A DNA stretch of 57,642 nucleotides from Hypanus sabinus (lineage: Eukaryota): positions 19,846,359 to 19,904,000 of the forward strand of contig NC_082734.1 of the NCBI RefSeq assembly GCF_030144855.1, read 5' to 3'. Position numbers and translations under genes: made by a program. Each line of letters starts with the position of its first letter. The first letter of the stretch is position 1. This document shows, piece by piece, positions 26,502-36,879 of the stretch. The notes beneath the pieces were generated by a model. That model saw nothing but the letters and a program-made list of their open reading frames with translations. It had not been told where the DNA came from and did not search any database.

Positions 26502-28738
26502 GGTTTTTTTTGGGTCCCTTACTTTCAGTTCTTTTTTTTTGGTAGTAGGCATTAATATCTTCTGTTGCTAATTGTATTTACAGTTTTGGGGGTTTGATTG
26601 TCCTGATTTATATTCTCTATATTGTGTTGTGGTTGGTCTGGAGTTTTTTTTTGTTGCAGGGCTTGGGGAGGACACTAATTTTACATGTCTTCAATTTGGG
26701 TGCTTTTTCAATTATTTTTCTTTGTATCATATTATTATTCTATGTTTATTTTTGCACTGTATCAATGTTCTTCATTTTGATCTGGGTTTTTTTTATCTGT
26801 AGCTATGTAGAAAATGTATAAAAAAATTAATATTAAAAAAAAGAAGGCATAACAGCGACAGTATTTCATAGAAGTTCCAGGAGATTTGGTATGTCACCTA
26901 AAATACTCTAAGTTTCTACAATTGCACCATGAGGAGCATTCTAACTGGCTACATCACCGTCTGGTATTGGGGGTTGGGGCTACTGCACAGGATCGAAGTA
27001 AGCTGCAGAGAGTTGTAAACTTAGTCAGCTTCATGGGCTTCACTAGCCTCTGTAGTACTCAGGGCACCTTTAAGGAGTGGTGCCTCAGAAAGGTTTCACC
27101 CACCATTAAGGGTATCCATCACCCAGGCATGCCCTCTTCTCATTGCTACCATCAGGGAGGAGGTACAGGAGCCTGAAGGCACTCACTCAACAATTCAGGA
27201 ACAGCGTCTTTCCCTCTGCCATCCGATTTCTGAATGGACAATGAACCCATGAACGCTACCTCACTACTTTCTTATTTCAATTTCTCTGCTATTTATTTAA
27301 CAATTTCAGATACTTAATGTAATTCACGATTTCTTTCTCTATTATTATGCATAGTACTGCTGCCAGAAAGTCAACAAATTTCACAACATACGCCAGCGAT
27401 ATCAAACCTGACTGCGAGTTTTTCCTGCGTGCTCTTGCTCTGCCCATGTTTCAAAGATGCGTGGGTCAGTAAGCTGTCCCTTGTGTGAAGTTGAGTGGTA
27501 GAATCATGGGAGGGGGAGTGGTGTGCTTGACAGGAATGTGGGAGAATCAAATGGGATTTTGGTGTAACTGGGTGCTTTTATTGTCAGCATATAGACTAGT
27601 GGGCCAGAAGGCCATTTCCTGTGCTCTTATATTTACAAGTTTGTATAATGAAGAATATTTTTGGGACAAAATATATAGGCCCTGCTACTGATATTACTAT
27701 CCTGTGATCAACTGAATCACTGATGTTTTCTGCGCACTTCCCAAAATGCTCTTCAGCCAGTGAGGCCATTTGGGATGTTACTCAAGACTTAAGAGGTTTT
27801 ACTTCACCTCGACTTCTCTTCAGTCTTCATTAATGCACTGATTGTAGGTTTCAGTCTAAACTTTTCAGTGTTTTGACCACTCACCCGGATCACGACATCA
27901 AATCAAAATGCATTTGGACCCCAGAGGAGTTTATACGCCAGCACTTTGAGGAGGCAACACCCTCACCTGCGTGGCTCCTCCATTGGAGCCGAAACATCTG
28001 CAAACGTTTTGCCAAGTTCAGCAATCAACCAAACCAATCGTTGAGATTTGTAGCAACAAGCAATCCGCTGGGGGAACTCAGCCAATCAAGCTGCATCTGC
28101 GGTTGGGGGAGAATTGTTTCAGGTCAGGAATGTGTCTTCACTGAACGTTGTGCTGCAGACTTCTTCACAAATTCACATTTCAGGTGATAGAGGGAATTGT
28201 TTATGTAGCAGATTGTGATCAGGAATGCATAACCTCAAAGGCTTGTCTAATAATAATCGTTAAATAATCAAAACTTACGAGTGTTTTTAGAATAAATTGC
28301 AGAGAGAGAGATTAAGTGGAAAGTTCTAGAAGGTTTTGATGTGGTCTTCTGCTGCCGTAGCTCATCCACTTCAAGGTTTGACATGTTGTGCATTCAGAGC
28401 TGCTCTTCTGCACACCACTGTCGTAACGTGTGGTTGTTTGAGTTATTGTCACCTTCCTGTCAGCTTGAATCAGTCTGGCCATTTCTCCTCTGACCTCTCT
28501 CATTAACAAAGCATTTTCACCCAAAGAACTGCCATTCACTAGATGCGTGTGTTTTTTTTTGCTTTTTATGCCATTGTCTGTAAACTCTAGAGACTGTTGT
28601 GTGTGAAAATCCCAGGAGATCAGCAGTTTACGAGATACGCAAACCACCTCACCCAGCACCAGCAATTTACATTGCTATGGTTTCTTAGACAACATTTCTT
28701 CCCCATTTTGATGTTCGGTCTGAACAATACAACCTCTT

Positions 28739-29364
28739 TTTTTTCTTCTGACTTTCTGTGGCAGTTGGCAGTCCAACTGAAAGGTGCATTACCACCACCA
28801 AGCGGACTGGAGCATGGTGTAGAGAAGTGGGAAATAAAACCCTTAATTCTTCTCTTTCAAATGAAGTCTAAATAACCCCAAAAAGCCCTACAGGTTGTAA
28901 GTAATGAAAGACGATACTGCGAATTACATTAAAGTCTTAAAGTTTTTAAATGTAAACTATCAACCACCAGATATTATAATGAAGCCCGCATTTGGTTTCT
29001 TTCAACCTTACATGATTCAATTGTAAAAGTATATGTTCAATTGTTTTATAGTGATGACAAAACTTACACAATCCAGACCTCTCTCATTAACAAAGCATTT
29101 TCACCCAAAGAACTGTCATTCACTAGATGCGTGTTTTTACATTTTCCAAAAAGGAATAACTAAGCATAGTATGCCCAATTCTAAGTCGTGTCAAGTTAAT
29201 TCCTTCCCTTTTTGTTTGACCCTCCCTTCTCCCATAAACCCAACAGTTTTGTGTATTCTGTAAAGATATCTTATGCCCATTATCCCACAAGTCTTGCCAT
29301 AACCCCCCAATCTTAAGCCTACCAACCCTTTAGCTTCTGATTTACTAGGGGGAATGTCTAGTCC
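28739..29364 (-). mobile_element. 3' end of an I-clade (Nimb-like) LINE
   Basis: Peptides WQDLWDNGHK, YLYRIHKTVG, TRLRIGHTML and knuckle-like GLCKFC...KTIEHILLQ. 3' motif ggtggtggtaatgcacc and a gaagaaaaaaaa tail. Confidence 0.65.
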
Positions 29365-29470
29365 AAAAATTTGGAACACTTCATGAATTTGCATGTCATC
29401 CCTGCACAGGGGCCATGCTAATTTTCTCCATATCATTCCAATTCTAGTAGATGTGCTACCAAAGCAGCAC
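29365..29470 (-). pseudogene. U6: U6 snRNA pseudogene, full length
   Basis: Revcomp gtgctgctttggtagcacatctactagaattggaatgatatggagaaaattagcatggcccctgtgcagggatgacatgcaaattcatgaagtgttccaaattttt aligns end to end with vertebrate U6 (about 14 substitutions plus 1 deletion by eye, 6 at CpG). The ACAGAGA box is mutated to ATGGAGA. Confidence 0.95.
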
Positions 29471-29869
29471 AGTGAACCTCTTGACCGTGTCTGCATGCAT
29501 TTATACATTGAGTTGCTGCCACATGACTGGCTGATCGGATATTTGCATTAACAAGCAGATGTACCCACTCTTGAGTGTGGAGGGCATTTGAACCACTCTT
29601 CTTACAACAATGATAAGCATCACCGGGCATGTAAATGAAATACTGTGCGTGTATGTGGAAGTATTTGGTTGCATGACCCAGTTCCACAAGTTCCAGCAGG
29701 TCCCTGTGACTTGTTGTGTTTCAGTAGAAATTTTGCACTTGCCGTGCCTGCGCTAAAAGTCATATCTTCATATGCATACATTATACAGACAATCAACACT
29801 GAGTGGGCTGGAACAACATTGAGTAGACTGAGCCCACATGGGGTAAACATTTATGCCAACCAGACGGCA

Positions 29870-30815
29870 TAAGCATCAATTTCTCTGGAAATTGACCTCC
29901 CACCTCCTCTCCTTCACCATTCCCCTCGCTCACCTTATCTCCTTACCTGCCCACCACCTCCCTCTGGTGCTCCTCCCCCTTCCCTCTCTCCTCAATAGGT
30001 TCAATTTAATGTCAGAGAAATAATTAACAATATACATCCTGAAATTCCTTTTCTTCGCAAACATCCACGAAAACTGAGGAGTTCCCCAAAGAATAACAGT
30101 TAAACATTAGAACCCCAAAGCTCCCCCCAGTTCTCCCCTCCCACGCATAAACAGCAGCAAAGCGATAACCCCCCCCCCCACTGCCACCAGCAAAAAAGAT
30201 CTGCACTCCCCGCTGAGCTCTCAAGCATGCAGCAAAGCATCAATAAAGGCACAGACTTGCAGAACCACAAAGACTACTCGTTCAGCCAGTAAATTGACAC
30301 ACTACAGGCTCTCTCTCTCTCCCTAATAAGGGAAAAAGAGGTGTCGTCATTTCACAGCGAGAGGGGAGACATAACAAAACAACTCACCAGTTTAGGGTGT
30401 TTTAAAGTCTGTTGCATCGCTTTTTCCAAGCTCCATGCTTGAAGATCTCAGTTTTCTGGACATACAGCCAGCAGCCAGCTCACTGCTTACAATCTTCCGT
30501 CTCCCACGACATGATCTTCTGTTCTCTCTGTCCTTCTCCAGTCCTTTATCTCTTTCACCAATCAACTTCCCAGCTCTTTACTTCGCCATGTTCCCCCCCA
30601 TCCCCCAGTTTCACCCTTCACCTGTTACCTTCTACTACTTCCTCCCCTTCCCCACCTTCTTAGTTTAACTCTTTCCCCCTTCCTTTCCAGTCCTGAAGAA
30701 GGGTCTCGGCCCAAAGCATTGACTGTTTACTCTTTTCCATAGATGTTGTCTGGCCTGCTGAGTTCCTCCAGCATTTTGTGTGTGTTGCTTTGGATTTCCA
30801 GCATCTGTAGATTTT
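29870..30815 (+). mobile_element. Penelope 3'-terminal fragment, interrupted by another repeat (~29995-30430)
   Basis: Pyrimidine-rich tail ending in cagtcctgaagaagggtctcggccc...gactg...ctgctgagttcctccagcattttgtgtg. Same family as 54144-54470. Confidence 0.6.
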
Positions 30816-31674
30816 CCTGTGCTTGGGTAAAGTAGATGTGTGTTTGGGAGACTGGGTGTTTGGGATGTGTGCATTAACTGTGCCTGGGAGTGGGGTAAAT
30901 GTTCAAGTAAGCTGAATCTGTGTTTGGGAGATTGGGCATGTGTTCTCTGAATTTGATTTGTTTTTCTCCGGAGTTCAGGAGGGTAAACTTGGTTATCATT
31001 GAAGGATGCAAACATTTTTATAAAGCCCGATGGAGGAGATGTTGGAAATGCACTTTAATTCGATTCAGGAATGTTTGGGTGGTAGTGTCAGGATGCAGAA
31101 GAGCTAATTAGGGTGGCCGCAAGAAGAAAAGTCTTCACTCTCTTGGAACTCAGTACCTTACTGTGTAACGATGCTGGAAAGCTGAAAGAATCAGGTACCA
31201 CTAACACCAGATCACCAACACTGCTCTTACCTAATTGTAAGCAAAAATGGTTGAAAATACTCAAAAGTTCTGTCAGCAATTATGGGGAAAAGGGTGGTGT
31301 TAACTTGACAGGTCAGTGACATTCCATCAGTCCACTGATCTCAAATATTTCATGTTCATCTTTCCCAATCTTTGTGTGTCTCCATCTGCGGATTTTCAGC
31401 TTCGGTCATTTTTGAGGAAATCCCTGATTTTTGACCCAGAGGAAATCTACAGTTTCAGCAGAGACACAAGAGTCTACAGGCGTGGGAACTTGGAGCAGGA
31501 CCCAGCATGTTGACTATCTCTCTGCCTCCACGGATGCTGCTCAACTGGCCAAGTCCCCTCCGCGGCTTGGCTGCTTCCCGTGCCAGCGGGCGTCTGGAGC
31601 CACTGCCCCTCCCGGGCGGTGCCGGGCTCTAACATCTGTGAACTGCTCAGTAACGGCCCGTGTTTGCTTTCCAG

Positions 31675-31836
31675 GCTTCAGCAGCGCCCCGCCCCCGACC
31701 AGCAGCAGTGCCGCCGACGACCGCTCCCCGCCCTGCTGGCCGCTGTCCTCCCAGGCCATGGGCCTGCTGGCGCTGGCCGCCGCCACCTTCCTGCTGCTGC
31801 TAACGGCCCTCATCTACATCACCCGGCAAATGGCAG
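31675..31836 (+). CDS. VJ-type inhibitory Ig receptor, exon 3 (stalk + transmembrane)
   Basis: Acceptor tgtttgctttccag|, donor GCAG|gtgggt; 162 nt, phase 1-1. Encodes GFSSAPPPTSSSAADDRSPPCWPLSSQAMGLLALAAATFLLLLTALIYITRQMA; GC-rich with coding-like codon usage. Confidence 0.88.
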
Positions 31837-32459
31837 GTGGGTCCCTCCGCCGGTGGGGAGGGAGTTGGGGGGGGAGGGGAGGAGAGTTGAGGATGGGGAG
31901 GGGATTTGGGGGAGGGAGCTGGCAAGGGGAGGGGGAAACCTGTTTATTTAGAACATACGAGAATATAGCATTGACCATCATGTCTGAGGTATGGAAGATT
32001 CTTCCTCCTTTTGAGCCAGAACCAGCCGGTCGGGCTTCAAAATAATTTGATTTGACATGACCACGCATTCCAGACTTGCTCTTTGGTGCAGAGTAAGCAG
32101 GGTTGCATTAGTATTTTATTAATAGATTGAGGCTGTCATCAGAAAAGGAGTCGCAATGCTGACATCAACACGTTGGCCGTCTTTTTGTCCAACTCTGAAA
32201 GTGGCATCTCTTTGATCCCCACTAGACAAATATTCTGTAATTAAGGGGGTGCTCCGGGTTTGAGATCGCCCAACGCATTGCCATATTTTTTCTGTGCAAT
32301 GGAAGCTTTATAAGGGAAAACTTCGCACGCAACTTCTTTCTCGGGATTAGAGAGCTTCAGTTTTTGCGCCGAAGTAGAAACTGTTCTTTGCATCAAACTG
32401 CTGAGTTGCTGCCATCTTCCTTGGTTTATCCTTACAAATAAAATCAAATCATTAGAAAA

Positions 32460-34855
32460 ATGTGACACAGGATCGGAAGGTGAGTAGAGCTAAGGAACCG
32501 GAAGGGGAAAAAGACCCTGATGGGAGTTATATACAGACCCCAAACAGCAGTAAAGGTGGGATCTACAAATTACAATGTGAAATAGAAAATGCATGCCGAA
32601 AGGGCAATGGAATGATAGTCCTGTGGGAGTTCAATATGCAGGTAGATTGGGAAATCAGGTTGTTGCTGGATCCCAAGAGAAGGAATGTGTATAATGCCCA
32701 AGCCATGGCTTTTTAGAGCAGTTTGTGGTTGAGCCCACTAGGGAATCAGCTAAAGAGCTTAAGGTAAAGTAACCTTTAGGGACAAGTGATTGTAGCATGC
32801 TAGAATTCACCCTACAATTTAAGGGGGAGAAGCTAAGGTCAAATGTATCAATATTACAGTGGAGAAAAGGAAATTACAGGGGCATGAGAGAGCTGGCCAA
32901 GATTGATTAGAAAAGGACATCCCAGAGAGGAGAAGTATTCTAAATGGAAGATGACCCAACCATGGCTGACAAGAGAAGTCAAAGCCAACATAAAAGCAAA
33001 AGAGAGGGCATACAATAAGGCAAAAATTAGTGGGAAGTTAGAGGACTGGGGAACTTTTAAAAACCAACAGAAGGCAATTAAACAAGTAATGAAGAAGGAA
33101 AAGATAGAATATGAAGGTAAGCTAGCCAATAATATTAAAGAGGATACCAAAAGTTTCTTCAGATACATAAAGTGTAAGAAAGGCAAGAGTAGATTTCAGC
33201 CCACTAAAAAATGATGCTGGAGAGAGACAAGGAAATGGCAGATGAGCTGAATAAGTACGTTGCATTAGTCTTCACTGTGGAAGGCTATTCCATGCTGAAA
33301 GTTCAGGAGTGTCACGGAACAGAAGTATGTGGTTACCATTAATAGGGAGAAGGTTCTTGGGGAAACTGCAAGGTCTGAAGGTAGATAAGTCGCCTGCACC
33401 AGATGGTGTACAGCACAGTGTTCTGAAAGAAGTGGCTGAAGAGATTGTGGAGGCATTAATAATAACCTTTCAAGAATCAAATGATTCTGGCATGGTTCCG
33501 GAGGAATGGAAAATTCCAAATGTCACTCCAATCTTCAAGAAGGGAGAGAGGCAGAAGAAAGGAAATTATAGTCCAGTTAGTCTGACCTCAGTGGTCAGGA
33601 AGATGTTGGAGTCAATTATTAAGGATGTGGTTTGGGGGTACTTGGAGGCACATGATAAAATAGCCATAGTCAGCATGGTTTCCTCAAGGGAAAATCTAGA
33701 CAAAGGAGAAGTGGTTGATGTTGTGTACTTGGATTTTCAGAAGGCCTTTGACAAGGTGCCACACACAAGGCTGTTTCACAAGTTAAGTGCCCATGGTATT
33801 ACAGGAAAGATTCTATCACGGAGAGAGCATTGGCTGATTTGCAGGAGGTAAAAAGTGGGAATAAAGAGAGCCTTTTTGGGTTGGCTGCCAATGACTAACA
33901 GTGTTCCACAAGGGTCTGCGTTGGGACCTCTTCTTTTTATGTCAGTGATTTGGATGACAGTATTGGTGGCTTTGTGGCCCAGTTTGAAGACAATACAAAG
34001 ATAGCCAGAGGGGAGGGGAGCTTTGAGGAAGCATAGAGGCTGCAGAAGGACCTAAGGCAGATTAGGAGAATTGGGAAAGAAGTGGCAGATGGAAGTCTCA
34101 GGAAGTGACTGGTCATGCATGTTGGTAGAAGAAATAAAAGCATAGTCTATTTTCTAAATGGAGAGAAAATACAAAAATCTGAGGTGCAAAGGGACTTGGG
34201 AGTCCTCATGCAGGATTCCCTGAAGGTCAAATTGTAGGTTGGTCGGTGGTAAGGAAAGCAAATATGAGCAATATTAGCATTCATTTCAAGAAGACTATAA
34301 AATCAAGGATGTAATGTTGAAGCTTTATAAAGCATGGGTGTGGCCTCACGGAGTATCGTCAGCAGTTTTGGGCCCCTTATCTAAGAAAGGATGTGCTGAT
34401 GTTGGAGAGGCTTCAAAGAGGATTGACAAAAATAATTCTTGGATAGAAAGGTTTGTCATATGAAGAGCGTTTAATGGCTCTGTCCCTCTACTTAACTGGA
34501 ATTCAGAAGGAATGTTGAAAGGCCTCAATACAGTGGATGTGGAGAGGATGTTTCTTACGGTGGGCGAATCTAAGATCTGAGGACAAAGCCTCAGAATAGA
34601 GGGGCATCCTTTCAGAACAGAGATGAAGAGGAATTTCTTTAACCAGAGAGTGGTGAATCTGTGGAATTCTTTGCCACAGGCAGCTGTGGAGGCCAGGTCT
34701 TTATGTATATTTATGGCAGAGGTTGGTCAGGGCATGAAGGGATATGGGTAGAATGCAGGAGTTTGGGTCTGAGAGGGAAAATGGATGAGTCATGCTGAAA
34801 TAGTGGAGCAGACTTGATGGACCAATTCTGCTCCTATATCTTGAGGTCTTAAGAT
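32460..34855 (+). mobile_element. CR1 LINE ORF2 remnant, decayed
   Basis: EFNMQVDW, VDKSPAPDG, YLDFQKAFDKVPH; CR1 3' UTR at the right end. Confidence 0.85.
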
Positions 34856-35744
34856 CCGTTACCACATGTGAAGTCTTGCAAAGTCTATACTGGTAAGTGT
34901 AGTCACCATAGCTGTGTCCTTGCAGCAACTGATCTCACCAACCGTTAAAACTCGATGCAGACTCACACAGTTGCCATCCAAACTCTCAGCACCAGTGCCT
35001 ACGCCACCTTGGAGACTTGGCATGTCAGATTGAGAGTGTGAGAGATTGCGTGGACAGGGGTTTAAACAGGTCGCCCACCTCCTGGTCTGCTCTTCCTCTA
35101 GTCAGCAAGGGTGAGGAGGTGAGGTCCCGGGCGAGCGATAGCGCAGTCTGCCGCTTTAGCCATTTATCTGCCACGGTCCCCTTTAATCTCAGGTGCTCTA
35201 CTCTGAGACCAAGAGCTCACAGAGCTGAACACCCGGGGTTACCGACCGCAGACACATAGTGGGGGGGGGGGGGTCCCGGGACTGGCCAAAGCAGCCCCAC
35301 CATCAACACCAGCAGAGCGTCACGGCAAATGAACCTTCCCACTGTGGGCACCTACCTTGGATTGACAGGAGGTGACTAATGACCTGATAAGAATTGTGGC
35401 TGGGTGTAGATTAAAATCAGCATTATTCGTGAGATGTCTTAACAAGGCAGCTGGAGCTGTTGCTGCCAATTTCAGATGAGCGTTGGACTGGCTTCAGTTA
35501 AACAAGGCTAGGCAGATAAGATCTGCTGGGCGTGTCTCTTGTTTCCATAGTACCCTCAGATAAAATGCCTTGTACTCCTGCTGCTGTGATATTGTGCAAG
35601 AGCACCTGTTATCAAAGTGAACTGAAAGTTTCCACTGCAAGCAAACTTCATTTCAGCCTCAACATTTGGCTGATGGGGTGCTGTAGATAGATGGCCAGCT
35701 TATCATTAGTCTTCTGGGTGGAATTCTTTTATTTGTTTAATGAT

Positions 35745-36006
35745 TGCGATACAGTGCCTTTCCAACCCTTTGGGCTGCCCTGTCCATTAATCTCCGATAT
35801 AATCTAGTAATCTCCAATATAATCTATGACCACTCAACCGATCCACCGGCATGTCTTTGTACTGTGGGAGGAAACCGGAGCACCCAGAGGAAACCCACTT
35901 GGTCACGGGGAGAACGTACAAACTCCTTACAGGCAACGGCGGGAATTGAACCCGGGTTGCCTGCACTGTGACGTGTTGTGCTAACCACTACACTACCACG
36001 CCTCCC
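35745..36006 (-). mobile_element. V-SINE (HE1-like), best-preserved copy
   Basis: Revcomp has A box gtagtgtagtggttagc, B box gggttcaattcc, and V core gggtttcctctgggtgctccggtttcctcccacagt. Other copies at ~40526-40708 (-), 41775-42000 (-), 44246-44405 (+), 47020-47212 (-) and 53200-53400 (+). Confidence 0.75.
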
Positions 36007-36879
36007 TATTCTGCAGCAATTCCTTGTGCACGATCCCAAGTTATACAGCACAGATTGGCCCATTATGGCTATGTTTGCTTTCTGGTAGACTGTAACTGTA
36101 CTCAAGCAGTCTTTTTCACTGTGACCCATGAGGCAGTCCTACCCCTCTCCCTCCCCAGTGTGTCAGGGGCAGAGGGGCTTAGTGTTTTCTCTGCAACAAG
36201 CAGGAGCCTAGGCAAAATGGAGTATTGACTTGAGATGCAGGCTCGTGTGAATATTGAGCATTAGTGTGTTTAACATGAACTTTTTGTTGGACAGCCATTG
36301 TTTTTCTATAAAGAACAACACTTTCCAAACTGAATAAAATGGTATCATGGCCTGGGGATCTGAGTGAACAGGTGCTCATGCTGTGAAGGATTGGATCCAA
36401 GTGTTGCATTACAGTGACAACGTATAATAAAGAGACTTAAAAAGTCTTAGTATTTCTTTATTTAATAAAGGATGCAATTATCCTTAGTAACAGGAAGCTT
36501 GATAACAGAAGCTACTGTTGGTTCTGAAGTATATGAGAAATTATGTTTTCAAAGTAAGTGCCTACAGAGGATTGGGCCGTAATCTCCACTTCGTGACAGG
36601 AAGAGGTTTTGGAAGCGTTGGTTCTTTAATAATGTTTATTTGTTATTTAATGTCTCTTACCTGGACCACATAGGAGCTGGTGTAGGCACTCAACTCCAGT
36701 TTGTTCCACCACTTAAGCAGACCAAAGCTCATCTCACATCTATGTTCCCATCTACCCAGAGCAATCTTTCAGCCTCTGGCTTATCAATGATCTATTTACT
36801 GCTCGTTTTTTCTTCCCCCTATCCAAGCCTGCACAATTCACTAGTTTGTTTTTGAGTTGCATAAGTTGAGCTGAGTTTT

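Larger units (their letters stand above)
20935..26838 (+). mobile_element. Full-length L1-clade LINE (ORF1 + ORF2, inactivated) with 15-bp TSD
   Basis: TSD aaaagaaggcataac at 20920-20934 and 26839-26853. ORF1 21084-21893; ORF2 22716-26501 with APE endonuclease (LQETH, GGDFN, SDH) and RT (QGCPLSP, YADD). A-rich tail. Confidence 0.95.
20850..27415 (+). mobile_element. Rex1/Babar-type LINE fragment split by the L1 insertion (20850-20934 and 26854-27415)
   Basis: The left piece encodes (K)FLDVSISEGLTWTQHIDAV. The right piece continues through RRFGMSPK...RSILTGYITVWY to HPGM...RRYRSLK. Confidence 0.7.
28313..29575 (-). mobile_element. Tc1-like transposon remnant (28313-28738 and 29471-29575), interrupted by the U6-LINE chimera
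   Basis: ARLIQADRKVTITQTTTRY...LKWMSYGSRRP resembles the Tc1 transposase HTH. The sequence appears continuous across the insertion (gtcaagaggtt...gttcagacc). Confidence 0.55.

Noticed and set aside
27873-28187. 104-aa ORF in intron 2 as a missing second Ig (I-type) domain
   Set aside because: It lacks Ig Cys/Trp spacing, and the phase-1 reading from the nearby acceptor hits an immediate stop.
29500-29505. TATAAA about 30 nt upstream of U6, suggesting a functional Pol III gene
   Set aside because: The motif belongs to the interrupted Tc1-like host sequence, the ACAGAGA box is mutated, and CpG decay is heavy.
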